The translations under genes were made by a program, and so were the position numbers. From a virus, in IMG/VR virus record IMGVR_UViG_3300006802_000092, positions 6,815-70,814 of that record: a stretch of DNA of 64,000 bases. One strand, written 5' to 3'. Each line of letters starts with the position of its first letter. Positions within the stretch are counted from its first letter, which is position 1. Positions 18,401 through 29,500 of the stretch are shown here, piece by piece. The notes beneath the pieces were generated by a model. That model had not been told where the DNA came from. It saw only the letters and a list, made by a program, of their open reading frames with translations, and did not search any database.

Positions 18401-21400
18401 AACGCTCTTGGATATGACGACGCAATTACAATAATTGTTGGTGCAGCCGTAAAGGGTATGGATGATGAATTTATAGGAAAGTTTATTAATAATTTATCAC
18501 CCGAGGCGCAGGAAGTAATTATAGCTTCCATAAATGAAGTCGCGCCGCAGCTGCTTCCTTTCTTGGCCGGCTTTGTCACTGTCACGGTCCTAGATGATGG
18601 CGGGGCCGTCATAGAGCCAGTATACGACAGGCAGAGCAGCTACACTAGTAAAGACGTTCCACTAGGCTCTTTGGGAGACCAGGCTGTTGTTGGTGTAACA
18701 AGAACGCCAGGGTCTGTAACGACTGAGTTATCTTTAAGTGATCCACCTGCCCAAGTTGGATCATTGGGTAGAGAACAAAGAGCAGCAACTCCGCAAGACT
18801 ATGGACAACTAAAAGATGTAATCTACGATCTTGTTGTCAACGACTTGTTAAATCTAGATGAAATATTAAATGTCTTGAACAACCTTCCTGGTGCTGGAAT
18901 TGCAATCAACATCTTGCAGAAGATAGATAAGTTCTGTATTGCGCCTCCGCTCTTTTACCCACCGCTAAAAGAATTCATTAAATTACCTGGGGTTAATATA
19001 GATTTCTGCGAACTTCAGGCTTCCATTACAATCCCTGTCTTGCCTAAGATAAGGTTCAATAGTATTTCTAAAACACTAATTGATAATGCGTTAAGGGTTC
19101 TAGAGGAGCTTCTTATTCGCCTGCTCATCCTTATCCTAAAGAAAATATTGGAAATTATAGCAGAAGAGCTTTGTAAGACTAGGAGAGGACCAGATCCGCT
19201 CAACCTACGAGACGCCCTAAAGGCTAATCTATGTGGCAATGCTGATATCGACCCTGAGCTTGTAGACGGCGCTCTGACAGATCTTCTAGCCAATAGGGGG
19301 TGCTACACCGATGCGGTCGCTATGGGCCGCTTAGTGGACAATGTAGCGGCTGTGGTAACACAGTGTGAGCTTGTTGATCTTATAAACGGAGAGGGATCTG
19401 ACAACCTTTACGACCTTATAGTGGAAATTGTTAGAACTGATCCCGTTACAGCAACACTAACAGAATGCCTATTTGACAGAGATTCGGTACATGAATTCTT
19501 CAAAGCGATAGGTGTCTTTGTCGATCTTGAGCAGCTTTGTATCCAGAACCCAACAAACCTACCTGTTTCTAGAGAAGTTTGTGATAATCTGGGCCTCCTT
19601 AACGTATTCCGTGCTACGAGAGCAGAAGCGTTACGCGCTAAGGGAGTTGATGAGGGATGCATCGAGGATCAGCTATGCGTGCTAAGAGATCAGACTGTAG
19701 CCGACCTAGAAGACCTCATGAGCTTGCTACAAGCTGGCATCTTCAACAGTGTGCTTCCGGATATCATGAAGGACCCAACTAGTGACAAGCCAGGTCTTCT
19801 ACCCTCCGAAATGCCGATGGACACAATCGCACTAGAGAATATATACAATAACGTTTTTGATACAATGTCCCTGTCTTTTACCGAGGATATTATTGGTAAA
19901 AGAGGGTTTTTAAACATGGTTCTGGCTGACTCTAGAGGCAGAGGATATAGACAGCACCTAGGATTCCAGAATTCTATCCTGGGGCCATCCGTTCTAAATA
20001 TATATGGCTCTCGTGGCACCAGAGCTTATCCACCGAGAGATGAGTGGGGAGACGGCGCAGGATCCCCCAAGGACCACAATAGTTGGGTAACAGGGCCAAG
20101 AGAATTTACAGAAGGTAATTTGTGGAAGCTACCATTCTTATTTAACCCTCTATCCTCAACAGGCGACGGCGAAACAGAAGAAAATACCGGAAACAATTCT
20201 GATGGAGACGAAATTTCTGGTAGGGCACCAGCATTAGGCGGCCTACCAGATAAGGTTGCAGGGCATTTACAAGATAGCCTGATAACGCTAAGCGCCCCTT
20301 ACAGCGTGGACTCAGGATATACTACTAACTTATTCTGGTTTGATTATGACAACCCAGATACCATGCAATTTACATTTAGTTTTGATTATTGGACGACCCC
20401 ACCTGAGGGACAACTACATTCTTGGGACGGGCATAGATTAAGAATAAATATGAAGAACGAAAACTGGAAAGACGAAGGTGGCGACCCATACGAGGAAGTA
20501 ATAGCATTTTTCAACGTTGTGTCCTCCGTAGACGATACAGTCTCAGACTTTAAGAGCAACATATTGAGTGAGTATTACATTGATGGTTCATCTAGTCCAG
20601 ATTCTACTTTCCAAGCTCTTGTCCAGAATAGTGTTTATACTACCTTGGGGCAGCCAGATACACCTAGGGGTGACGCGGCTGGAACACCTGAATTTGAAAC
20701 AAGATACGGCTCTGTTGAGGCTCCTATGGTTACCGGGTTTGAAAAGACAAGCCAGAGAATTCTAGAGGGCTTGGCCGAACTGGTTGCTGCGGAGGACAGT
20801 GATGACTCTCCGTTTGTCTATGGCTTTGACGCCACTAAACCACCGATTATAAAATACTTCCACGAAGAGGAGTTTGGCGGTGATATTGGGGCTGCCGTTG
20901 AAAGATACGGTGGCTCTGAAGGAAATCCTCCTTTCTATCTTAAGCAGCCGATGAACAAGGGCTATCTAAGAATAGCACAGAAAATTATTCCTGAGTTTAA
21001 CCCCTGCGAGGACAGCAACGATGTCGTCACATTCCCAGACTTCTCGTCACTAAAATCTGTATGTTCTGAATTTAGTTCTCAAATTCCCATGGATGAAAGG
21101 GCTGGCCTTAAGGTCAAGGGTGTAAGCGAAGGCAGAGAACTACCTTTTGATAGGCACCTTTCGAAGGCTTCTCTAGGTATAATTGAAGGCACAATATACG
21201 CTACAATAAGAACTTATGTTGTCGAAGTTTTAATGAAGAGTCTCCCAGTTTTGCAATACCTGGCGCTATCAGAATTTAACTATGGCGATATGTTATCTGA
21301 ATTTGTGATAGACAAGATGGAGCAGGGTATGAAAGACGTGGGTCGTGGCAAACGCTTTGTTCCAAAATACGAAGATTATTGGTGGCTGTTCTTAGAGCAA

Positions 21401-22732
21401 GTTGTTCAAAACTTTGGTATAAAAGTTAATCAAGGTATTATAACAGATGTTACACCTGAGGAGCAAGAAGCCCTAGATTTTATTAACCAGTTTGTAGAGG
21501 ATAACTGGGTTTACATTCCTCCTGGGTTGGTTACTGGTTTAAGCTCTGCAAGAAGGCTTGCTAAGCGTAGGAAAGAAAACTGGGATAGTATTTTTGAAAG
21601 CACAACCGGGATTAATCCGACTACTGGTTTACCAGAAGCTATCGAGTCGCCTGTTATATCGCGCTGCAAGACTATACTTAGACGCTACATTCGTGACGAG
21701 TATGCAAGGACAACAGAAATATTCTCAGAAAGCATCAATCCTGAATTCAGTGATATTAACGATGTTATTTTGAAGAGCCCAACCATTGTTCGTGGTTCTA
21801 TTGGAACGACAGAAGAAGGCCCGTATGACGTGCCAAATGCTGCTTATTATGAGTCTCTTGCCGCTGATGTGTCTGCTGCTATCCATCCATATGATTTACC
21901 AAGCATTTTAATTGGCAATTCCAATGCCCCATTCGTTCTTGAGAGGTACCTAGTTTCCAAGGGCTCCACAGACACGGCTAATACTTTCAAGCTTTTCGGG
22001 TTTGTCTCCAATATCTTCGACGCCCAGACAGCTTACACAGGCGAAGTTCTAGCAGAAGACGAGGTATACTTTGGATTAAGAATCAGCTTTGTTCCAAGTG
22101 CAGCTAGGGTTTCAAGCCTTACAGACAAGATGTCGGATGCTCTGTCAGATGTACCAAATGAAACTGGCTACACCCACAAGGCATTTAGCGATATATATAA
22201 GAATGTAATTCCATTGGCATCGGCAGAGATACAGTTAACAGCCGATGCTTACGAGGCGGGCCTTTATAATGATTATTTACAAGATTTGGTATGCTTGTTA
22301 GTTGAAACGCCAGAATACAGAACCTTGTTTGAGCATTGTTATCCCATGCCGAAATACATGGACTTACTCGCTCTTTACTGCGCGAACACATTTGTGCCCT
22401 CCCTTGCCAGAGTCGAAGATGGGTGGGCTGCGACGGCAAACGACAACCAAAGAGGTGGTGGTCGCTGGATCGGCCTAGGGAAGAATGGAGGTATGAACAC
22501 TTGGCGTGGTAACGAGGGGATGAGAAACTCCTTCAAAAATACAAAATTAGTGGCCAGACAGACATTAGAAGCTGCTTGTTATACTAGTTACGATTACAGG
22601 GATAAGGACTACATGAATCCATCTGAGGTTTACATTGACAACTTAGGCTCTAATTCAGACCTGAACCCAGGGCTTAAGTGGTGGCAATGGAGTTCCTTGA
22701 GACCTGCACCTTGTAAGAATGGAGATGACTAG
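15497..22732 (+). CDS. Very large virion structural protein (2411 aa)
   Basis: Uninterrupted ORF between the spike-like gene and gp25; no recognisable catalytic motif. Confidence 0.6.
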   Translation: MPTCPEIAIFEGDPFIFYARNLIHSFKSKYGTENLSRPSGDKNPFEDGTQGGGNSSTGSRSWNSVDDGQNRAVSNVDPKIGIWKGGDAWNNLNVDHARNITNWDTALPFYIKGPKWDAFDDYQTGHWKNTTGANDGWLDIAGGLIVHPMLQLRETRYTEQDRGDIPRRDNPWTNWTSGKLELKDTALLLEGYLQFGFILEVLAGFLHIHDEKGGEFLKPDMDPFTWNQMFWYGYEVNDLLGSEGHGERTQLGLGSSNSLSGAGSDTGDNSVWNGALNPPSSPARVRYMPVGGVGHTVSSIDDEVDFIQPRGKNLDGDGQSGGAISSTAFQILHYAPSGHSVKIENADYNAFLFWLKKALEILDSAGLGPVDGSEFISEVFSGAGRSPTSVDACSGSPPYGGSFTDAELTTNECNIKIFRAMADRLYFDENPLVDTLDYTVTNYWNSFLEAHSTSISLSTEALNEAILLRGADGYGCEAVELDSELPTLGPGNANPGQCRDLGDGEEVFVETYQSCIPNPDAVVPNWLNQSEDEPFLNQKTCEYSIVMLADPPSCSEEYFNTFIPDALNKLLDYYNKEVNSEFTNITTGFQRTLSSRDALTNGSEGLYLDGLAFVGTAKVKTFYIPPRPKAKTKVLITVSAEEFNRIPERQPKVEEGTPTPAYSSGERSFVVFKAQEMEDIFDKVSYAFGLYDRFYAQWHLDTGKTIKGLNFSTESKRIESFFKETDLLLRESGYDIRDLEWIEIGFSPEFAVEYIKVQKENSSPIQIEKGFNSFINRSPMNDKTTAAYVSQLPNMKNDLMIREAVSWYDILNKYRFPEIEETYGLDNSSPVADGNESIKQLEQEICASGLSSGVFEPNLFGSSIQRQKWAESQINDIKGALLSQFSSNPCALVDGKILEHQGRTDFALQITDMTLKEYLTSDRFINDLPELLVRGRYKELSDLYGGMLNNLGMCGLIDLIKAAVDCILNALGYDDAITIIVGAAVKGMDDEFIGKFINNLSPEAQEVIIASINEVAPQLLPFLAGFVTVTVLDDGGAVIEPVYDRQSSYTSKDVPLGSLGDQAVVGVTRTPGSVTTELSLSDPPAQVGSLGREQRAATPQDYGQLKDVIYDLVVNDLLNLDEILNVLNNLPGAGIAINILQKIDKFCIAPPLFYPPLKEFIKLPGVNIDFCELQASITIPVLPKIRFNSISKTLIDNALRVLEELLIRLLILILKKILEIIAEELCKTRRGPDPLNLRDALKANLCGNADIDPELVDGALTDLLANRGCYTDAVAMGRLVDNVAAVVTQCELVDLINGEGSDNLYDLIVEIVRTDPVTATLTECLFDRDSVHEFFKAIGVFVDLEQLCIQNPTNLPVSREVCDNLGLLNVFRATRAEALRAKGVDEGCIEDQLCVLRDQTVADLEDLMSLLQAGIFNSVLPDIMKDPTSDKPGLLPSEMPMDTIALENIYNNVFDTMSLSFTEDIIGKRGFLNMVLADSRGRGYRQHLGFQNSILGPSVLNIYGSRGTRAYPPRDEWGDGAGSPKDHNSWVTGPREFTEGNLWKLPFLFNPLSSTGDGETEENTGNNSDGDEISGRAPALGGLPDKVAGHLQDSLITLSAPYSVDSGYTTNLFWFDYDNPDTMQFTFSFDYWTTPPEGQLHSWDGHRLRINMKNENWKDEGGDPYEEVIAFFNVVSSVDDTVSDFKSNILSEYYIDGSSSPDSTFQALVQNSVYTTLGQPDTPRGDAAGTPEFETRYGSVEAPMVTGFEKTSQRILEGLAELVAAEDSDDSPFVYGFDATKPPIIKYFHEEEFGGDIGAAVERYGGSEGNPPFYLKQPMNKGYLRIAQKIIPEFNPCEDSNDVVTFPDFSSLKSVCSEFSSQIPMDERAGLKVKGVSEGRELPFDRHLSKASLGIIEGTIYATIRTYVVEVLMKSLPVLQYLALSEFNYGDMLSEFVIDKMEQGMKDVGRGKRFVPKYEDYWWLFLEQVVQNFGIKVNQGIITDVTPEEQEALDFINQFVEDNWVYIPPGLVTGLSSARRLAKRRKENWDSIFESTTGINPTTGLPEAIESPVISRCKTILRRYIRDEYARTTEIFSESINPEFSDINDVILKSPTIVRGSIGTTEEGPYDVPNAAYYESLAADVSAAIHPYDLPSILIGNSNAPFVLERYLVSKGSTDTANTFKLFGFVSNIFDAQTAYTGEVLAEDEVYFGLRISFVPSAARVSSLTDKMSDALSDVPNETGYTHKAFSDIYKNVIPLASAEIQLTADAYEAGLYNDYLQDLVCLLVETPEYRTLFEHCYPMPKYMDLLALYCANTFVPSLARVEDGWAATANDNQRGGGRWIGLGKNGGMNTWRGNEGMRNSFKNTKLVARQTLEAACYTSYDYRDKDYMNPSEVYIDNLGSNSDLNPGLKWWQWSSLRPAPCKNGDD

Positions 22733-22734
22733 CA

Positions 22735-23118
22735 ATGTCAGGGTTTTCGCCAAAGCTGCCACTGAGTCTAGATCCGGATGACGGGTATGCTTTAACAAAA
22801 AGCTTGAAAGAAGTTGCAAAACAAAACTTCAAGCATCTAATTCTGACTAGTCCTGGGGAAAGGATTATGGACCCAGAGTTTGGAGTTGGTATCCGCTCTT
22901 ACCTTTTTGAAAACAACGGTCCATCCACATACGGACAGATAGAGGCTAGAATTAGGGAGCAAACCCAAAAGTATCTACCGTACATTCAGATAGATCAAAT
23001 TAGCTTTGGGAATACCGAAACTAACCCAAATATATCTGAGAACTTTCTTAGCGTAAGGATCTCTTATATAATAAGGAGATTGGCAGTTGCCGATTCTCTA
23101 GAAATCCCATTAAATTAA
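22735..23118 (+). CDS. Baseplate wedge subunit, T4 gp25-like
   Basis: LILTSPGERIMDPEFGVGIRSYLFE. Confidence 0.92.
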   Translation: MSGFSPKLPLSLDPDDGYALTKSLKEVAKQNFKHLILTSPGERIMDPEFGVGIRSYLFENNGPSTYGQIEARIREQTQKYLPYIQIDQISFGNTETNPNISENFLSVRISYIIRRLAVADSLEIPLN

Positions 23119-23126
23119 ATAACAAT

Positions 23127-23134
23127 ACTATTTA
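23127..23134 (+). promoter_or_regulatory. Candidate phage late promoter ACTATTTA
   Basis: Intergenic, before SD AGGAG and ATG 23156. Confidence 0.65.
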
Positions 23135-23155
23135 ATAGAGATCAGGAGTAGTTTA

Positions 23156-24949
23156 ATGCCAGCACGTAAGACTCCAATTAAGTATACGAGTAGAGAGTTC
23201 GATAGTATAAAGAATGATCTGATAGAGCACGCAAAGAGGTACTATCCGGATACATTTAAAGATTTCAACGAAGCTTCTTTTGGAGCTTTAATGTTGGACA
23301 CAGTTGCATACATAGGCGACATACTATCGTTTTACCTGGACTACCAAGTTAATGAGTCTTACTTGGATTCTGCAATTGAGTACAACAATGTCATTAGGCT
23401 CTCTAGGCAGATGGGGTACAAGTATCAAGCCAACCCGTCTTCCTACGGTTCAGTCGCAATTTACGTTATCGTACCAGCCTCTACATCTGGTCTTGGACCA
23501 GATACTTCCTATCTACCGCTGTTGAGAAAGGGGACACAACTTTCTTCTACTTCTGGAAATACTTTCATGTTGGACGAAGAAGTGCGCTTTGACGACCCCT
23601 CAAATGAGATTGTTGCTGCAAGAACCGATAGTTCTACCGGCCTGCCAACTCATTACGCGATCAGGTCTTACGGAAGGATTGTGTCAGGCGTGTTTAACGT
23701 AGAAACAATTAGTGTAGGATCGTTTGAGAGATTCAAGAGGATAAAACTGGATTCAAACAATGTCTCAGAGATTGTGTCGGTAGTCGATTCCGAGGGAAAT
23801 GAGTACTTAGAAGTTGAACACCTATCACAGAACACAGTCTATAAAGAAGTTGTCAACAAGGGCGATAACAAAAATACCGTTCCATCTCTCTTAAGGCCAC
23901 TTATAGTGCCACGAAGATTTGTCATTGAGCGTGAGCAGAATTCTGTTTTCTTGCAGTTTGGGTACGGAGGCCCAGCAGAAATTAGGACACCATCTGTTGC
24001 GGAACCTAAGAACGTAGTACTTCAACTCAATGGTCGCGACTATGTAACAGATAAATCTTTTGATCCTTATAAATTATTAAATACCGATAAGTTCGGTATT
24101 GCGCCTGCAAATACCACTTTAACAATTACTTATAGAACGAATACAGCAGCGAATGTCAACGCAGCTGCTGGATCTGTCACGAAGGTTGTTAATCCAATTG
24201 TCCAGTTTTCTGATAGAGCATCGTTATCTGATTCTAAGGTCGCTGATATTCTTTCTTCTTTTGAATCTTACAATGACGAAGCTATTACTGGTGATACACG
24301 CTTGCCGACCTCTGAAGAAATACGAAGAAGAACAATTGATCATTTTGCGACACAAAACCGTGCGGTTACTCAATTAGATTATGAGGCCCTAGTCTACTCG
24401 ATGCCAGAAAGGTTTGGATCTATCAAGAGATGTAGAGTGATTAGAGACCCAGATTCACTTCGTAGAAATCTGAACTTGTATGTGATATCTGAAGATTCTA
24501 GGGGAAAGCTCACACAAACCAACACAACTATCAAAGAAAATGTAAAGGTGTGGCTAAACAGAAATAAAATGATTAGTGACACGATTGACATTCTAGACGC
24601 CAAGATTGTAAATATCGGCATTGATTTTGAAGTAATTGTAGATGAGGAATCCAACAAGTTCCAAATCCTTGCAGATTGTAACACCGCAGTAAAAGAACTC
24701 TTTACTGTAACTCCTTACATAGGGGAACCCGTATACATGACAGATATCTTCAGCGCTCTTAATAAAGTTAAGGGTGTTGTCGATGCAAAGCGCGTCAACG
24801 TCGTTAGGAAACTGGGAACGAACTACTCCTCAGTCAGGTTCAGTATTGACGAAGCTACCTCTGCGGACGGAAGGTATATCTCAGTTCCGCAGAATGTAAT
24901 TGTAGAGATAAAATTCCCAGACACAGACATCAAGGGAGCGATTTCGTAA
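23156..24949 (+). CDS. Baseplate wedge subunit, T4 gp6/baseplate J-like
   Basis: FDSIKNDL...DFNEASFG...AYIGDILSFYLD...NE.YL.SA; QNRAVT..DY. Confidence 0.9.
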   Translation: MPARKTPIKYTSREFDSIKNDLIEHAKRYYPDTFKDFNEASFGALMLDTVAYIGDILSFYLDYQVNESYLDSAIEYNNVIRLSRQMGYKYQANPSSYGSVAIYVIVPASTSGLGPDTSYLPLLRKGTQLSSTSGNTFMLDEEVRFDDPSNEIVAARTDSSTGLPTHYAIRSYGRIVSGVFNVETISVGSFERFKRIKLDSNNVSEIVSVVDSEGNEYLEVEHLSQNTVYKEVVNKGDNKNTVPSLLRPLIVPRRFVIEREQNSVFLQFGYGGPAEIRTPSVAEPKNVVLQLNGRDYVTDKSFDPYKLLNTDKFGIAPANTTLTITYRTNTAANVNAAAGSVTKVVNPIVQFSDRASLSDSKVADILSSFESYNDEAITGDTRLPTSEEIRRRTIDHFATQNRAVTQLDYEALVYSMPERFGSIKRCRVIRDPDSLRRNLNLYVISEDSRGKLTQTNTTIKENVKVWLNRNKMISDTIDILDAKIVNIGIDFEVIVDEESNKFQILADCNTAVKELFTVTPYIGEPVYMTDIFSALNKVKGVVDAKRVNVVRKLGTNYSSVRFSIDEATSADGRYISVPQNVIVEIKFPDTDIKGAIS

Positions 24950-26508
24950 TGGCAATTAAAAGATATTTTGCTTCAAAAGATAACACTATCACAAATGCCT
25001 TTAAGTCAAACCTGACGACAAGAGGTACTAGTGCGAACATGGGCCTGTCGGACATACTAGAGGTGTTTTCTATTTATGGACAAGCTTCCTCCTCTTCTGG
25101 CTTATCCTCAGAACTTTCTAGAGTTTTGATAGAGTTCGACACAACAGACATAGCCGCTGACAGGGCGGCTGGTGATGTTCCTGCAAGTGGAAGTGTCAGC
25201 TTTTTCCTCAAGATGTATAACGCCAAACACGGACAGACGCTACCCAAGAATTATTACATGGAGGTTAAGGCTGTCACTGGCTCTACCGCCTGGGAAGAAG
25301 GTTTTGGCCTAGACATGGAAGGCTACACGGACTCGACAGCTGGGAGCACAGGCTCCAATTGGCTTAGCGCCTCAGCGGCAGACGCAGATGGTTGGTCTAC
25401 GGCTGGTGGTGATTATTCAAACCCAGATACAGACACTTCTTCTTCATTCACCCAATACTTTGACACTGGGGTGGAAGATTTAGAAATAGACGTAACAACA
25501 CTGGTTGAGCAGTGGCTAGATAGTAGTGGCAATGTTTTGGGTTCTAAAAACAACTATGGCGTTGGTGTCATGCTTTCCTCTAGTCACGAATCAGAGTCTA
25601 GATCTTTTTATACTAAAAAGTTCTTTGCTCGCGGCTCAGAGTTCTTTTTTAAGCGCCCTGTCCTTGAGGCACGCTGGGACTCTAGAGACTTAGACAATAG
25701 AGGTAACTTCATTTACTCAAGCTCGCTTGCGACGGCAGACGAAAACCTAAATAAGATTTACCTCTACAATTATTTCAGAGGGCAGTTAAGAAACATTCCT
25801 GGCATCGGTACAGGAAACATTTATGTAAGCTTTTTCTCTGGCTCATCGGATGACTCGGCACCGTCAGGCAGTGCGCTTGAACTTGTAGTGGACGGCACAC
25901 ACGTTACCGACAACAGCCGTAATAAGGTCGTGACGGGCTCTCACTATTCTACGGGCATCTACACCGCCAGCGTGGCCTTGACCGCTGCTGCGACCCCCCT
26001 AGAGACTGTGTATGATGTATGGTTCCAAGGTGGGGACTCAATAGCCGATGCCTCGCAGGCCACAGTCCAGTTCCACACCGGAACAATAAAGCCTGAGACG
26101 CTTGACTCATACGAGATCGCGCCGTCTGATGAATATGTGACAAATATTACAAACCTTAAACAAGAATACTCCAGAAAAGAAACAGCCAGGTTTAGAGTTT
26201 ATACAAGACAAAAGAATTGGTCTCCTACTATTTATAACGTGGCTTCTACAGAGATAGAGAGCTACCCAATTGAAAGTGGGTCTTATAAGGTGTATCGCGT
26301 AATCGATGATTTAGACGTAATTCCTTATGGAACAGGAAGCGACTTACATACCGCGATGAGTTACGACCTTTCTGGTAACTACTTTGATTTGGACATGTCC
26401 ATGCTAGAAGCTGGGTACATGTATGGTATTAAGTTTACCTATTTCAACAACTCAAATAATGATTGGGTTGAGCAGCCGGAAGTATTTAAGTTTAGGGTTG
26501 AAGAATGA
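24949..26508 (+). CDS. Baseplate/tail structural protein
   Basis: 519 aa, beta-rich and Ser/Thr-rich, coupled to the gp6-like gene. Confidence 0.6.
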   Translation: MAIKRYFASKDNTITNAFKSNLTTRGTSANMGLSDILEVFSIYGQASSSSGLSSELSRVLIEFDTTDIAADRAAGDVPASGSVSFFLKMYNAKHGQTLPKNYYMEVKAVTGSTAWEEGFGLDMEGYTDSTAGSTGSNWLSASAADADGWSTAGGDYSNPDTDTSSSFTQYFDTGVEDLEIDVTTLVEQWLDSSGNVLGSKNNYGVGVMLSSSHESESRSFYTKKFFARGSEFFFKRPVLEARWDSRDLDNRGNFIYSSSLATADENLNKIYLYNYFRGQLRNIPGIGTGNIYVSFFSGSSDDSAPSGSALELVVDGTHVTDNSRNKVVTGSHYSTGIYTASVALTAAATPLETVYDVWFQGGDSIADASQATVQFHTGTIKPETLDSYEIAPSDEYVTNITNLKQEYSRKETARFRVYTRQKNWSPTIYNVASTEIESYPIESGSYKVYRVIDDLDVIPYGTGSDLHTAMSYDLSGNYFDLDMSMLEAGYMYGIKFTYFNNSNNDWVEQPEVFKFRVEE

Positions 26509-29500
26509 GTACAAAGAATCTTTTCGACAAAGGAAAGTCCTATAAAACACTTTCTTCTGTAGATCCTGCCACTCTTGGGCTGGATGCAGAGTCGTATAGA
26601 AATATACAAGCACAGAATGTCGATAAAGACCGCTTTATACCAAATGTTGACTTTTCGTCTGCTTCCAACTTTGTGGTGTATGGCTCAGCCAAGAAATACT
26701 ATGAGAGTGCGTTTGACAGAATTAGAGATGAGTTCCCTTACGACGGGTCAAGCGCAGAGAAGCAGGAATTCTTTAATAGCTCATCATACCTAGATTTATA
26801 CATCTACGATCAGGAATATCCAAAAAGCACTGGATACGCTATCTTTTCTGCTGATGGATGGGGTACTCAATCAAGTGAAACAGTTGGGTGGGGCGTATCT
26901 GGCGATCTAGAGTACATTGAATTCTACGGTGGCCCCCACACAGCTTCGAACGGTATGGTAAATAAAACAATCCATTCCGAGTTCTCAGCTTCAAACATTT
27001 ATGACACAGATATCTACGACACTGAAGGTGTCCTTTCACTGGGCCAGGAAGGTACCAGGGAGTCAAACTTAAAGTTTAGTTGGCCTAAGGGACAGACTAT
27101 TGAGTTTTGGCTCAAGAAGGACGAGTTTATAGACACCTTGACAGAAAAAGAAGTTATCTTCGATCTTTGGAATGGTGAGGCTTCTGGCAGTGACTCCTAT
27201 GGTAGATTAACAATCTACTTGACTGCTTCGTCTACGCCCATGAGAATGAACGTAATGTCTGGTACAACTGGGCTTGCAGATGTAAATCTAGATACGGGGC
27301 TAACCGATTCTACCTTGGCTAACGGAGATTGGCGTCACTATGCCTTGGCCTTTAAGAGCGGCTCTTCCCAGGCAGAGATTAAAGTTTATGTAGACGGCAG
27401 CCCAGTCAGCACCTTGAACTCTGCTTTAAATTTTCAAGAAGTCACTGGTGCATTGAGAGCAAGGATTGGTGCCCTCACTTCCACGCCGTCAGGTAATGCG
27501 TATCATGGAATTGACCTTGCAGGTGCGGGTAAGCTAAGTGCGTCTGTGGACGAATTCCGCTACTGGAAGGTTCAGAGGAGCCACGAAGAGGTAAGCAAGA
27601 ACTATTTTAGGCATGTTGATGGCGGCACAAACACCGACATTTCCAACACAGAGCTTGGTGTTTACTTCAAGTTCAATGAAGGTATCACCACAAACTCAAC
27701 TACTGATTCGACCGTGCTTGACTACTCTGGACGTATAACAAACGGAACTTGGGTTGGGTACCCAAGTAGTAACGCTAGGAACACCGGTTCTGCCATAGTT
27801 TCTGCGAGTGCCTCTGATAGAGAGGTTGAAGACCCAATTATCCACTCGAACCACCCAGACGTAACATCAAAAAGAAGTGCCCTGTCTCTTAGCGGATCTT
27901 CATATGATTACCAAAATAACTCATCAATATATTACACTTTACCATCTTGGATAATTGAGCAAGAAGAAGAGGAAGGTGGCGAGTTACTAAATTTAACGCA
28001 GATCATCGGCAGTTATTTTGATACGCTACACTCACAGATTTCTGAGGTTCCAAAGCTAAAGAACATTAGTTACGCAAGCTCTAGTCACAAACCATATCCG
28101 TTTTCTGGGCGTCTTCTAGAATCTAACGGACTCTTCGCACCAGAGATTTTTGTAGATGCATCTGTACTAGAGCAGTTCAAGGACCAGAGCGAAACAGAGC
28201 TTTATGAAAAAGACATCGCAGAAATAAAAAATCTTATTTATCAAAACATATACAACAATCTAGTTTACATATACAAATCAAAGGGCACAGAGAAGTCCTT
28301 TAGAAACATCATCCGTTGTTATGGAGTTGATGATGAGTTAATTAAGATTAACCTTTACGGTAACAATGTCACACATAAGCTGCGTGACAATTTTAGAAGC
28401 TCTATCACAAAAAGAAGATTTGCTGACTTCAACCATCCAGACCGCTTTGAGGCCACAGTCACCCACCAGACTTCAAGTACAAATGCAAATACTCTAGATG
28501 TAACTTACATTTCGTGCTCTTCGAACCCCTCGACAGCTGAAGTAGAGGTCATATTCCCTAAGAAGTTTGAGCCAAGCGATGCAAAATACTTCTCAACAAA
28601 CTTTTTAAGCTCCTCTATATTTGGGTACCACAGGGTAAAGACTTCCAACAGTTTGCAAGACTTTTCTGGTTACGCAGCCTCGACAGACCGCAGCTTGCAG
28701 GTGTACGCAGTCAGGACATACTCTGGTTCTAATGATGCTTACTTTGTTCTGGAGAATCCTGCACAGTCAATATTCGTCACAAGTAGTGTGTATGAAAACA
28801 TTTATGACGATACAAAGTGGAATCTTGCTGTAAGAACTTACCTCGACAAGAAGGAATCAGCCGAGAAGGTGTCAGGCTCTTCCGGCACGTCGGGTGAGTC
28901 AGACATAATTGTTGAACTTTACGGCGTGAATGTCGAGCTTGGAGTCGTCAAGAATCAGTTTAGTATTACCGCATCAGTAGCACAAAACAGTACAAACAAC
29001 GGCTATTTAAGTAATCCAAGAAGGTACTACTTTGGAGCACACAGAACGAACTTTACTGGTTCCTTAATTAACGAGTCAGATCTGAAGATAACTTCCCTTA
29101 GACACTGGAACACATTTCTAGATAATAACGAAATCATATCGCACGCCAAGAACACAAATGCTCATGGTGTCTTAAGGCCATACGAAAGTGCATATGTCTA
29201 CGACACTGATCTAGAGGGCAGTAGAATACCAAGAATTGAGACCCTTGCACTCCATTGGAACTTGGACGACGTAAGCCAATCTGACTCCAACGGAGAGTTT
29301 TTAGTCAACGACTTTTCTTCTGGGTCAATTGGAAAGAGGAGCAGGTATCCGGGTGACTTCGGGCATTCTGTTGGTAACCAGTACACTGGGCGTGGCTTCT
29401 TTTTCCCTGCAAGCGCAACAAGCTCAATTGCCGTTGAATATGTCCAGACAGCTGTGCAAAACCCTCCTGAGGTCATTACAAGCTACGACATGACCAACAT

